DNA of 64,000 nucleotides from the human T2T-CHM13v2.0 reference genome, Homo sapiens, in the NCBI RefSeq assembly GCF_009914755.1, contig NC_060934.1; one strand, written 5' to 3'. Made by a program: the position numbers and the translations under genes. Shown here piece after piece: positions 1 through 12,979 of this stretch. The notes below the pieces were generated by a model. The model ran no database searches. It saw only the letters and a program-made list of their open reading frames with translations, and was not told the origin of the DNA. The number at the start of each line of letters is the position of its first letter. The stretch's first letter is position 1.

Positions 1-21
1 AAATGTTCCTGGAAGACATAC

Positions 22-348
22 TGATATGGTTTGGCTCTGTGCCCCCACCCAAATCTCATCTCAAATTGTAATCCTTATAATCCACATGTATCAAGGGCAG
101 GATCTGGTGGGAGGTGATTGGATCATGGGGGTGGTTTCTCCCATGCTGTTTGCATGATAGTGAGTGAATTCTCATGAATCTGATGGTTTTATCAGGGGCT
201 CTTCCCTGTTCGCTCATTTGTTCTCTCTTGCCTGCTACCATGACTGTAAGTTTCCTGAGGTCTCCCCAATCATGAGGAACAGAGAATCAATGAAACCTCT
301 TTCCCTTATACATAGTACTTTATGGGAGTGTGAGAATGGATTAATACA
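22..348 (+). mobile_element. THE1D/MSTA-type MaLR solo LTR
   Basis: Starts TGATATGGTTTGGCTCTGTG..CCCACCCAAATCTCATC and ends GAGAATGGATTAATACA (THE1/MST termini). Perfect 5-bp TSD CATAC at 17-21 and 349-353. Confidence 0.9.
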
Positions 349-1104
349 CATACTTATGCCAGGATAACTTGCAATAACATAGAAGTGACTGAAAGCCATA
401 TAAATGTGTCCCTTTTAATCCATACAAGTCTATCCCCCATTGCACTTTCTCTAAGTCAGATCAAAACAACAAACAAATCTATGGCTGCCCCTGTAACACC
501 TGACAGGAGGGGAATTATAACAAAGGAAAGTTAAAGAGAAAATAATGAACTTAATTGATTGCAGCAAAAATATCTAGAAATTTCCCTAGGATTGAATGTT
601 TTAATAAAGTTTAGGCTGATGTCCAAAGCTAGCATGGTCCATGGCTTTTGGGGTTAAATGCTCCACTCCTAAATTGCAAACTTCATTCAGGAAATTATAA
701 ATTGGCTTCATGACCATTTTTGATGAAAACTAAACTTTTTTTAATGTTTTCATCAGATACAATATAATAAAATCTCTTTTGGAAATGGGTCCAATCATTT
801 TCCCAGGTATCTCTCTCTCTCATTGTAACATAGACAGTCTAGAAAATAGCAGTTATATTGAATTTTGTGATCATCCCCAGAAGCTAAGACTGTGCACCAA
901 GGTGCCTAAGGTACATTGTCTATTGGCACCTACAAGTTTCAAAGCAGGCACATTAGCTAAATTATGAAACGCTGGATTTTTAAACTACTTAAGAGTATTG
1001 TGAAATGGAAGAAGAGTTGAGATTATCCAGGTAGGTTAGAAACTGGGTGGAATTAATCTGGGAGAGCTCCTTAGGGGAGATGTGTAATTTGGGGCACTAT
1101 AGGA

Positions 1105-1200
1105 CAGTGGTTAAGCTCCATGGAGGCAGGGACTTTGTTTTGTTCATTGCCATCTTCAGTGCCCACAATACTGCTCAGTATACACCAAGTGCTCAACTTT
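1105..1200 (+). mobile_element. L2 3'-end fragment
   Basis: AAGCTCCATGGAGGCAGGGACTTTGTTTTGTTCA...GTGCTCAA resembles the L2 3' terminus. Confidence 0.55.
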
Positions 1201-1205
1201 GGCTT

Positions 1206-1530
1206 GGATGGAAGGAAGGAAGGAAGGAAGGAAGGGAGACAGGAAGAAGGGAAGCAGGAGAGAAGGAAGGAGGGAGGAGGGGAAGAAAGGAAGAATGGAA
1301 GTATGGAAGAAAGGAGAGAAGGAAGGAGGAAAATAGGGAAGGAAGGGAGGGAGGAAGCGAGAGAGGAGAGAAGGAGGGAAAAGGGAGAAACAGAGGGAGG
1401 GAGAGAGAGGAAAGAAAAAGAAAGAGGAAGGGAGGAAGGAAGGGAGGGAGGGAGGGAGGGAATTGGTTGGATGGAAGAAGGATGGTTGGCAGGAAGGAGG
1501 AAAGGAGGAAGAAAGGGAGGAGGGAAGGCA
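1206..1530 (+). repeat. GA-rich purine tract including (GGAA)6 microsatellite
   Basis: GGAT(GGAA)6 at 1206-1233, followed by about 300 bp of degenerate GGAA/GGGA/GAGA. Confidence 0.95.
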
Positions 1531-1544
1531 GGCCTTTGCACTAG

Positions 1545-1690
1545 GTAAGTGTGTTTCAGGTTCCTCACCTGTAAAATAAGGATAAAAATAGTCCCTCCCT
1601 CATAAAGTTGCAGTGATGATTAAATGAACTAATATACAAATAATTTATAAGAAGGTCTGGTACTCAATGACTTAGTTATTACAATGAATA
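1545..1690 (+). mobile_element. MIR fragment
   Basis: TTTCCTCACCTGTAAAATAAGGATAAAAATAGT..CCTCATAAAGTTG..GATTAAATGA, the MIR core. Confidence 0.65.
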
Positions 1691-3083
1691 TTTGCCCTTC
1701 ACTTAGTTCCATGGGGCTGTCATTCATAGCATCCAACAAGAGAGGATATTGTTACTGATTGGCACAGAGAGAAGGAAGCTGAATTAAGAATAATAGGAAG
1801 TCTGCCAAGGGGCCTGAAATCTCTATTCTGAAAATTCGTGAGAATTGGAAGATCTGGGATTTGATCTGCAGGCTGGAATGAAAAGAAGAGGGTGCCCTGC
1901 AATGTGGCAGGAAGACCCATCTCAAGCCCCAACTGGGTAAACGCAATCAATAACATCCTGTCAGGAACTTTTTGTGGTCTCATGTAAATTTAGGCTACCT
2001 GAATAAAAGATAAAAACTGTCATTTCCTCTATCATCATGTAGCGTGATGATTTATCTATGCCTTTGAAAGAACCAAACCAAACCAACTAATGCTTAAACG
2101 TTCCTGGTTATATGTGTCCATTGTGAAATATAAGAGAAGAATAGTGCAACATGGTGAGATATTTTAGGACATTTGCCTAGAGGAACACTAGAAGAAAATG
2201 AGGACTAATTAACTCAAGACAATGGGCAAGTCATTATAATTATTCCTAAGGCAGGCTAGAGGGAAAAAGTGTCATGGGTTGTTTAATCAACCCTGAACTG
2301 CGGGGGTGACTAGTTATAACTTAGGTGTTTTCCAATTAGCTAATACCAAACATTAATAAATGGCCAGCTGCATTCGTAACACAATGCTTCCATATACTTA
2401 CAGAGAGTTAGTGTAGCATCCTCTTAAAAACTTTAAACTTGACTTGGGATGCTCTTAGAAAATTCTACTTCTCAAAAGTTGTTATATCTTGTTTATTTAT
2501 CAAACCCATGATCTTCAAAGGCGTTTAGGGTCACAAAGGCAATGTGAAAAACCACTATGGCAGGAACCGAGGGTGATTTTCACATATAGGCAAGTCATTG
2601 TGCTCAATACATCCTTTAAAATGGGGACAAGGTTGAGGTCCAGACTTATGAACTGTGTTCCACATAAAAGACTAATTCACAACTTGTCTCCCACCACTTG
2701 CAATCTGATCTTGCTCTGAAGGGCAGGGAGTGTCATATTCAACACTATCCACATTGAAAGCCCCTGGTTAAAAGGATGTACAGCAGAGAGCTTGGTGTTT
2801 CAGATGATCCTGTGGAGAACTGTAAAAACAAACATCCTGCAGAATTACGAGGAGCAACGGCTTCCTCATTTGGGCTCAGCCTGAAGGCTCATCTCATCTC
2901 AAGGTCAGAACAAAGGTTGACCTCGTCTAGCACAGACCTTCAAGACCTAAGTCCTCCGGAACACATACACAGTCTTACTGTGACCAAGTGGAAGGGAAAG
3001 ATCGATTTTGTTTGTCCTACGCCTCAGCCAATCTCTGAAAAATCTACACTTTGGCTCATTTGTATCAACAATGCTAAGCCCTG

Positions 3084-3288
3084 TTTTCTTTTCTTTTTCT
3101 TTTTTCTATTCTTTTTTTTTTTTTTTTTTTTTTTTTTGAGGCAGTGTCTCACTCTGTCACCCAGGCTGGTATGCAGTGGTACGATCTTGGCTCACTGCAA
3201 CCGCCACCTCCCAGGTTCAAGCGACTCTCCTTCTTCAACCTCCTGAGTAGCTGGGATTATAGGTGTGCACCCCCATGCACGGCTAATT
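3084..3288 (-). mobile_element. Alu (right arm only, 5'-truncated)
   Basis: Poly-T followed by GAGGCAGTGTCTCACTCTGTCACCCAGGCTGG...GGCTAATT. Confidence 0.9.
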
Positions 3289-3897
3289 CCTATTTTCAAA
3301 GGCATCTTTCTGGAGTAACTGGGTATTATTTTAGAAAAATCTTCACTTGTTTATCAGAGAGGTCAATATTCATTAAAGATCAAAGTAAAATCATATCCAC
3401 TCAAACCCCATTAACTAACAAGGATGGGGCATAGAGAAAAGAACTTGATCCATGAAGTTAGATAGACCTTTAGTAAGATCTCAACTTATTAGCAACAGGA
3501 CCTGGAATAAATGCCTTGACTTCTGAGGGTCTGAGTTTCTTCAACTATAAGTGGGACTGAGAAGCCTCACCTTAAGAGATAATTGTGAGAAACAACACAT
3601 ATCAAGGGTTTGGCACAGTGTCAAAAAATAGTAGGGGCACCATAGATACTCTTATGCTATTATTATTGTTATGATCAACATGAAGATTTTGTGATAATTC
3701 AACCAAGAAAACATTAGTAGATCTAAACTCCACTCTTGAAGACCCAAAACTTAGCTGTGTGACTGAGATCAATCAAGTTCGGTTTCCGCACCTTTAAATG
3801 AAAATTGTAGTTGGAATCGTAATATAGCATATACTCTCAATGGTGAAACACAAAAACATAAAATTTTTTACAGTTAAAAGCACTCTGTGGAGTGTTC

Positions 3898-4491
3898 TTT
3901 TTTTAATTTAATTTAATTATTTATTTTAAGTTTTGGGATATGTGTGCAGGATGTGCAGATTTGTTACATAGGTCAACGTGAACCGTGGTGGTTTGTGGCA
4001 CCTATCAACCCATCACTCAGGTATTAAGCCCCGTATGCATTAGCTCTTTATCCTGATGCTTTCCCTCCCCCGAACCCCCACCCCGACAGGCCCTGGCGTG
4101 TGTAGTTCCCCTCCCTGTGTCCATGTGTTCTGATTGTTCAGCTCCCACTTATGAATGAGAACATGTGGTGTTTGGTTTTCTGTTCCTGCATTAGTTTGCC
4201 AAGGATAATGGCTTCCAGCTCCTTCCATGTGCCTGCAAAGAACATGGTATCACTCCTTTTTTATGGCTACATAGTAGTCCATGGTGTATATGTACCTCAT
4301 TTTCTTTATCCGTTCTATCATTGATAGGCGTTTGGGTTGATTCCATTTCTTTGCCATTGTGAATAGTGCTGCAATAAACATATGTGTGTGTGTATCTTTA
4401 TAACAGAATGATTTATATTCCTTTGGGTATATACCCAGTAATGGGATTGCTGGGTCAAATAGTATTTCAAGTTCTAGATCCTTGAGGAATC
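3898..4491 (-). mobile_element. L1PA-type 3' end fragment
   Basis: Reverse complement of the L1 3'UTR and ORF2 C-terminus (T-rich tail, GTTACATAGG, CATTAGCT, ATATACCCAGTAATGGGATTGCTGGGTC). Confidence 0.9.
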
Positions 4492-5149
4492 TAATATTGT
4501 TATCATTGCTGGTACTGTCAGAATGGTCAAATACCCTCTGAGTTTGTGCTTCTGCTGCTTTTTCTGCATGTTTTCAGCCGAATGCACCAGAGTCTTAGAT
4601 TCCATCAGCTAGAGACTACCAGCGTCATGGGGGCAAGACCAAACCGCTTTTGCTCCTCATTTGGTTAAAACATGGCATTTTTTCCAAGCTAAGATTTGAC
4701 ACTACTAAAAAGAATGCGGTAGGTGCTCTCGAGTGAAACGTCTGAAGCAATTTCTCCCCCTGGAAATGTCCAAGAGAAGTCCTCACTTATTGAGCCGAGC
4801 CCAGTTGTCAGGGATGCCTTCCTCCATCACCTATGTGGTCCTTCCCTTCTCAGTACTCCCCGAGCTTGCCTGTTGCCCTTTCTCCTGTTTCTGAGCCTTC
4901 TGGGTGTGTCTTGTCTCCAGTACTCTTCTTGAGGCCAGGGTCTGTATTTTCATGTTCCTTGAATCTTCTGTGTCACTTCCCACTCCTCTTCATGTGCTAT
5001 TGGTTGATTAATTCTAACCTCTGATATATGCTTCTTTTTATCTACTCATCACCTGTCTAAACTTAGCAAAATTGTCCAGCAAAATAATGGAGGAGCCTGA
5101 GTTCCACCACCTGTTGAAAAGAATAACACTTCCTAATGATGAAAATAAT

Positions 5150-5410
5150 GGCAATTATAATAACTCTTACTGAAAATTTACAATATCCCAGGCATTATAC
5201 TAAGTGCTTTACTAACATGACTTCATTTCATCCTCCCAGCAACCTCATGAGGTAGCTATTGTTACCTCTCATTTTTAGAGAAAGAAACAGAAGCACAGAA
5301 TAAAATAACTTACCCAAGCAATAGAGTAGTCTGTCTGTTTGTGGATTTGGAGCCAGGATCCTGACCCAAGTCCATACCACCTCAGTATCTATAACCCTCT
5401 GGTTTTTACT
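5150..5410 (-). mobile_element. MIR fragment
   Basis: CAACCTCATGAGGTAG..ATT..CTCATTTT..AAACAGAAGCACAGA..TAACTTACCCAAG..GGATTTGGAGCCAGG. Confidence 0.6.
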
Positions 5411-8400
5411 GCACCAAACCAAAGCTTTAAAATTTACTTTGGAACATCAAAGTCCTTGCATATAAACCTATTGCTAATTGGGAGATTTTGATTTGTGGAT
5501 TTGTATATACATCTAATTAACCTTTCTCATTTTATGAACCAAACCCATCTGTAACATGCATTGCCTTTTAAAGAATGAAACTGTCCTAACTCATAAATAT
5601 CCCGTTTCTTCAAATTGTACCGAGGACAGGGATTGCTTCTTGTTGACAGGGTCAACTTATCCATTAGGTACGGCAGATGCAGTGCTCACATCCCACAATA
5701 CTTTTACAGCGCCCATGAAAAGTGTTTTAATTTCTTTTAAAATGAGAAGAAAAAAACGAGCTTTCAGGTGGAAGGAAATATTGTGACATATAACACGAAC
5801 ACATTTGTCTGTATATCAGTGTAGCCATAAAATAGAATTATGTATTTATTTATCTTTAGGAAGAAGAAGGCCTACCATGGCAAAAGTGCCTAGGACCCCT
5901 GAAGTCCTAGTGTGGCTCGGCCTGTTGCCCATGCAGGGTTTACCAGAGCTCTCTCTTCTGGTGGAACCTTCCTTTGCTGCCCCTACTATCAGGTTTCTGC
6001 TGCTTTGTGACATCAGGCTCTTCCATGTGGATTTCAAGTCCAACAGGGAGGCCTGGCTGGAAAAAATCATGACAGCTGCTTTTTAGCATAAATAGCACAC
6101 AGCGGAACCCTGGTGTTAAAGGGTGGTTTCCTTCTCCCTTTCCACATCATGAGGCAACATAGCTGGATGGCACATCTAGACCACTCACCACGTGAGGGTT
6201 TTCTGGCCACAGATAGTCTTGCCACAGGAAAATAGGCCACAACAAAAAGGATATTTCAGAGAGGAAATTTTTGAAATGGCAGGAAAAAAGGCATCTTAGC
6301 TGTTTAGCAAGAATGCTCTTAAGTTAGGGTTCTAAGAAATGCACCTGTCACCACCAATTATAATGACAGGCTCCCAGAAAGCCTGGAGGCCAAGGTCCTA
6401 GAAGGGAAGACTGTCCCCAGATGGAGACTGCTTTGTGTCACTTCTTTCCCTCCTCATGCCCGTAATCTTGAGCGCTTTTTAGCAAGCTCAGAGATTCCAA
6501 ATGTCTACCGAAAATGCTTACAAAGCTTGAGACAAGTCTCGGGTTAACATGAGGACTCAGTGAGGGGATCAGTGTCATCTTGACCCCAGCTGGACTGGGA
6601 ACTCACTGAGAGCTGTGGACTTTAACTTTTGTTTCGTTTGAACTTTAGCGACCTTTATCCCCAAGTCTGGCCTGTGAGTAATGAATACGAAGCCTTCCTT
6701 TCAGCCTCTTGGTTTAAAGAAAGAGGAAGGAAACAGTCCATTGTTTTTCTAACTTCGCAGTTTCCTAGTGTAAAATGGAAAATTAAGGATGGCCAGTGAA
6801 AGCGGCAGGCATCGCTATAGAAGGACATCCGGTGAGGCCCAGGCCTGCAACAGACGGGCATCTGTTCACCGTGGGGCAATGGGGGACGGGACCGAAAACA
6901 AGCCGAAGCAAGTTTCCTTAGCAAACGGACGTGAATACTCACTATGGCCAACTCTTTCCTCCAAAACCTAATGTACAGCCTGTCTATCCTGTGTCTGGAA
7001 CCCAGGGAAAGGAAACCTCGTTAGATTTACAAAAGTGGGAAAATATACCAGAGCAGCAGTTTCCTCCAGCTCCAAGAGAGATTTTGTTGTACCCGGAAGG
7101 CTAAAAGGGACAAGAGTAACAACAAAAATATTTTTAATATTCTGTTCTGTTCATCCACTAATGTGGTCAAAAATAGCTCTCAAGTTTGTCCAGCACAATT
7201 CGACCTTCATAATTATGTGGGTGATTATGGGGCCCTATTAGAGCTTTCAAAACACTTTGTACATAAGGGGCCTTTAAACATTTTACTATAATAAAAACTA
7301 GCTCATAAAAATCCCACACATTTCACATAGGCCTTTGATAACCCATCACACAATAATGACCTTGAGTGACTAACAGCCTGTACTACATTCAAACAGGTAG
7401 CTTAGAGGTAAAAGGTTTTTTCTCTTATTATCTCTGTCTGGAGTCACCCGGGGGCTTAGAAAAAAAAAATACTAGCTTTGCCTTTAGAAGAGCAAATTCG
7501 ATGAGTCATCAGAAACAACCTCTTTCTTCTTTGGCTGCTTCTTCTTGCAGGCACGTTTGTCAGAGTGGAAGGCATGGATCAGGGCACAGGTGACTTGGGC
7601 CCCAACCCCAGTCTGGTAGCCACCTGTCTGTGGAGTCTGAGGTCCCTTCCTCTCTCTGTGCCTTGGTTTCTCTTCTGTAAGGAGAGGGTTGGACTAGAAT
7701 CAGTGGAGTTCTGTGCAAGCACTCTAGGGCCTTCAGGTTGGGGAAAACCAAGCAGGGAGGTGCTACCCACCTCCTCTCAATCAAAGCAGACCCCTCTATA
7801 TTTTATAGACAGGTTTATGAATTATGTTTTATTTGGAAAAAAAGTTTGAAAGCCATTATATGAGATGATCTCTCTAGGGCACCTTTCAGATTGTGAATCT
7901 ATGAGTGCCAGCAGCCAACCTTGGGTGAGCTGCCCTTCAGGTTAAACAATTGCTGGGGGGTTGGAGGGGTCTTTTCTAACCCATCAGTATCCATTAATGA
8001 ATGAATAGGGATGATTTTATCCTATTTAGTAGAAAGTCGAGTTCTGAAGAAACAGGATACAGAAGAGGTAAATCTTGATATGGAAATCAAAGGAAAGAAG
8101 TGTGGAAAGATCAGAGGAGGCTGAGTGCACCATAGGGCCTTGCCTTAGGACAGCAGGCCTCAGTGGGCAGCTCAGCAGATGGTAATGGGTACCCAGGGAC
8201 CCCAGAGAGAGCACTGGGCAACAGCCAGAACCACAAGCCTTCACTGACCACTGGCTCTCACACATGCCATCTTAGCCTTTACAAAGGACTAATCATGCCC
8301 CCATTTTCCAACTGCAGGAACTGAGGCTAAATCATGATCCAAGATCATCAGGTAATCAATTCCAGAGTCAGAATCCCAGCACAAGGGAAGGAGAGAGGTG

Positions 8401-10424
8401 CCAAAATAGGAGGGGAAAGAGAAGGGCAAGTTTTCAGGCCCTTGTTCTGACTTTGTTCCAGGTAGCTGGTAAGTTCTACAGTGAGTGAGTGAGTGAGTCA
8501 GTCAGTCAGTCAACTAACATTGCTCACATTTATACTGCAGGCTGGTGCTGGGAGAAAGGCAAAGAGGAACAATTCTTGGCCATTACCTTCCAGGAGCTGA
8601 TGACTAGTATAAATGTGAATGAATCCTATTGTGGTAATTTAATGTTAATTAAAACTTCTTTCAAAGTTTCTGCATCGTAGGCTTACAAACATGGATAGAA
8701 AGTTTTGGTATATTTACTTTTATGCCAGTTACTTAAACAGCCGTAACAAACTCTGAGGGAGAAAGGGGGTGTGGGAGAAGGGGAGGAACTCATGAAGCAG
8801 GAATGGGAAATATAGAAGGTGCTTCTATTTTTCTTTTTAGAGTGATCGCCAATTTCTCTGAGTTTGTATGGCCACACAATATCTTCAACCAATTCTCAAT
8901 TTCAGCCTTCCCTTTCTATGATTATTCAAAACACTACTGCATTACTTGTTATAAATTAAAACTCTCTGTTCTGATGTTTTTCTCTTCCATCGAGAAGTTC
9001 TCTATATCCTAATTCCCCTCTAAAGTCATAAAGCCACATTGAAAGTAAGCAATAAGCTACCATTTGCACTGTGGGCCAAGCTCTTTGCTTTGTGTGAGTT
9101 TCCACACTGACCTTCAAAACAACCCTGTGAGGTGGGCATGCTTGTTACAGACCTGACAAATAAGGAAAATGAGGAGTTTTTAGGGGCCAATACCTTACTC
9201 AAGCCCCACAGCCAGTATATAGTGGGAATAGGTAATTTGCCTTCGGCACCCATTTGCTTATCTCACCAGGAGCGTGCTAAGGGACACGCTCCTAAAAGTG
9301 GCTTGGGCATCTTAGACCTCAGCCCCCTATTCACCCACCATGTGGCTTAGGAGCAGAGACGGGGCCAGATACACAGGGCATTCTGGGGCACAGACAGACA
9401 GACACAGAGCACGGAGGCCGCCCACCCCTGAGAACAGACTGTGCGGCTGGAGGCACCCAGCCAGAGCTCATTGTCCTGGGACACTTATGAAAGAAGGTCT
9501 TAAAATAGCATTTGCCTATCTGGAGACACACAGATACCTTGTGTGACTAAGCTCTGGAACTCCATGAATACCACTGAAATCTACACTCTGGAAAATGCAG
9601 GGGAGTCAGGAGGTCTGTGTCCAGGCCTGGCTCTGTCTTCAACAAGCTCCATGACCTTAGCTAATAATAATGGTAGACAGAACCTAGGCAAGGAGTACAA
9701 ACATGGGTGTCCAGTGCTGGGCTCAATGCTTCCCATTCATGCTCTCTTGCATTTACTCTTCCCTAAAACCACACAAAAAATAGGCATTATTATTATCCTG
9801 CATTTCAGAGATGGCAACTGACAAGTGAGTGACTTGTCTATTTATTACACACACAGGAAGCGGCAAAGTCAGGATTTATTCCAGCCATTTCCTTTTGCTG
9901 GGCCTCAGTTTATCCATCTATGCAATAAGAAGTCTGGAGCATCTCAAAAATCTATTTTTAAATAATCTATTTCAGCTCTAAAATCTCAGCTCCTTCATTC
10001 TGTTGCAAAGTTCTGTTTGCACAGGCACAAATAGCCAGAGAAAGTGAGATATTTAATCATCATCATGAATTTGCAGAAAACCATTGTACCACTCTCCCTT
10101 TGCCTAACTTTGTTAGAACTGGCCAGAATGGACCAAACTCTAAGCAACACAGCTCTTTTTTTTCTGAAATTTCTAAACATTAGAGAGCGCTTGGCAAATT
10201 CACTATGAGATTAATCCCAATGGCAGAGGTGATAATGAGAAAAAGATTGATGTTTAAACATATCTCCTTTTCTTATAATAAAATAATGTGACTCTTGCCT
10301 CATCCTGGTGGGTTAGTGAATGATTTATATGAGGAAGTGGTTTGGAATTAAGACCAACTTCACCTTCTTTCCACAGTGCTGAGGTTAATACTGCCTCTGG
10401 CTCAAGTTCTAAATGAATTCACAA

Positions 10425-10453
10425 TTTTATTTATTCATTTATTTATTTATTTG

Positions 10454-10491
<38 letters not shown>

Positions 10492-10552
10492 TTGAGATGG
10501 TATCTCGCTCTGTTGCCCAGGTTGGAGTGCAGTGGCGCAGTCTCGGCTCATT
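10425..10552 (-). mobile_element. Short Alu 3' fragment with (TTA)n tail
   Basis: (TTTA)n/(TTA)n then TTTGAGATGGTATCTCGCTCTGTTGCCCAGGTTGGAGTGCAGTGGCGC. Confidence 0.85.
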
Positions 10553-11204
10553 GCCAAGATTACCCAGGAACTTGCTAAAAATGCTGCGTTCTGGGCCTAT
10601 CCCCTGAGAATGATTTTGCAGGCTGGGATGGAGCCCCAGCAACTGCTTTCTTAACCCCCGTCCTCCACCCTGATCAAGCAAGACTGAAATCTATGGTTTC
10701 TGGACCATACATTTGAGAAATGCAGTCTGATTTTCATATTAGACTCACTTACCCTCATTTTCCTCAAGAGAGATATGGACTGTCCTAGCCATTTTGGCCA
10801 GACACAAATCAGTCAGGTCAGGTTAGATGACCGATTCAATTGTGGTTTGTTTACTTTGTTGGGGAGGTTTTATTGTTTGTTTTTGTCAATTCAGATTTTA
10901 AAGCTGTTTAATTGTGGCATACAATTGATATCCAATAAACATACTTTCACACTGAACAAAATTGCTGTTTGACTTTTTTGTTACACAGCAAATAGACAGG
11001 TGTTTCATTGGATCAACAGCCTCTCTTACTTGTTTGGGGCCATTAGTCACTGCCTTCATCCTATTTCACATGATTTTTCAATAGCACTTTATCCTATCCC
11101 CTCAAAAAAGTTGAATTTGGAAGTACCACCCTAAGGCAACCATGTAATTTATCATCCAAAACAGGCCACCTGTGAGACTAAAAGGAAGTGCTATTAATAA
11201 TTTC

Positions 11205-11755
11205 ACTAGGGGCAGCCATGGACACATGGACATAGAGTGTGGAATGACAGACATTGGAAACTCGGAAGGGTGGGTGGGAGGCCAGAGGAGAGGGATGGGT
11301 ACAACAGGTATCACAATTATTCAGGCAATACATACACCTAAAAGCCGGACTTCACCACTATGCAATGTACTTATGTAACAAAATTGCACTTGTAACCCTT
11401 AATTTTAATTATTTATTTATTTATTTATTGAGACAGAGTCTGGCTCCACTGCCCAGGCTGGAATGAAGTGGCGTGATCTTGGCTCACTGCAACCTCTGCC
11501 TCCCAGGTTCAAGCGATTCTTCTGCGTTGGCCTCCAGAGTAGCTGGAACTACAGGCACCCACCACCATGCCCAGCTAATTTTTCCATTTTTAGTAGAGAC
11601 GGGGTTTCACTTTGTGGGACCAGGCTGGTTTCAAACTCCTGGCCTCAAGTGATTGGCCCGCCTTGACCTCCCAAAGTGCTGAGATTACAGGCATGAGCCA
11701 CTGTGCCCTGCCTTGCCCCTTAAATTTATACAAATAAAAAAAGCAAAATAAATAA
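11205..11755 (+). mobile_element. Old L1M 3'-end fragment interrupted by an Alu
   Basis: GGACATAGAGTGTGGAATGACAGACATTGGAAACTC..GACTTCACCACTATGCAAT..TAACAAAATTGCACTTGT; resumes after the Alu with an A-rich tail. Confidence 0.7.
11401..11712 (-). mobile_element. AluS
   Basis: Full-length dimeric Alu, reverse strand, (TTTA)n tail. Confidence 0.95.
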
Positions 11756-12459
11756 TTTCACTGGGACAACAGGTATAAACCAATAAACCAAGAGTATCAG
11801 GGAGAATCGAGAGATATGGTCACCTGAATTTTCACCAGTGTAGAAAAGAGACCACCAGGAAGCCACCTATTTGCCCAAGACTCCAAAGTGACCCCTCCCC
11901 TCACCCTCCCTCTGTGAAAGTCCACAGCCCAGGATCACACACTGCCTTGGGTTGCTTTCATCTTTCCATGAGACTTACAGCTGCCCAGCCCCTAAAATAG
12001 TTACCACTGCTGAAAAGGCAGGGGCCATGCCTCTCTTTTCATCTCCCTCCCACTTCCTGGCCTAGGTGCTCGGCAGGTACACCATCTGATGTGGAAGTGG
12101 GTTAGGTGGCAGAATCCACTGTTCATATGACATGACACTGCAGGGGTCTCTCACTCAACCTAGAGAGGAAAATCTTTTGAACTATGGAGCCACAGGGAAG
12201 CCTGGGTTTGTGCCCTAGCTGTGTGAACTCGAGGAAATCACTAAACCTCTCTGAGCCTTAGTTCTCTGAACAGTAAGGTTGATAATATTTATCTATAGTG
12301 TTTCTAGGAAGATAAAATGAGATAATATATGTAAACCGCCTAACAGGGCCTTATCAACTATTGATAACTCCCTCTCTCTCCTCTCTGCTAAACTGATTCT
12401 CCTGAAGAGAAATGAGCCAGAAAAACGCATCACTATTTACTATTATAAACAGTGATATA

Positions 12460-12979
12460 TAACAAATTGCTACTGCTACTACTGCAAAACAAATTGCACC
12501 AAACCTAGCTGCATACACAACTATTTTATTATGCCCACTGATTCTGTGTGCCAAGGATTTAGAAAGGTCACAGTGAAGACAACTTGCTCTGTTCAGTGAC
12601 ACCTGAGATCTCAGCAGGAAGGACTTGAAGGCTTGAGGTGACTTGACCTCTGGGGGCAAGGATCACTCAGAGACACTTTTAACTCACGTTTCTGGTAGGT
12701 GTGGCCTGGATTTCCTCACAGCATGGAAACTCTGGACTTCCTACACAGTGATTAAGGGCTCCAAAGGTGAGTGTCTTAAGAGAGCCAGGAGAAACCTTCA
12801 TGGCCTCTTACGACATAGCCTTGGAAGTTACCTGGTGTCACTTCCACCGCAGTCACAAGCCAGTCTGAGGTGAAAGTAGAGCCCACCTCTCAGCAGGAGG
12901 AGTGTCAGAAACAGGGTAAGAAGACTGTGAGATGGGAGATCTTGATTTGGTCATTTATGGAAAACAAAATTTGCCACAT
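12460..12979 (-). mobile_element. MLT1 (MaLR) LTR remnant
   Basis: ACAAATTGCACCAAACCTAG..ATTTTATTATGCCCACTGATTCTGTG.. through GGAAAACAAAATTTGCCACA resembles MLT1E/F. Confidence 0.6.

Noticed and set aside
1047-1568. Three 142-165 aa ORFs
   Set aside because: Translations of the GA-rich simple repeat; low-complexity artefacts.
2776-3434. ORFs with poly-Phe and Alu-like peptides (also 13923, 26039, 38137, 48934)
   Set aside because: They run through Alu elements; typical Alu-derived spurious peptides.
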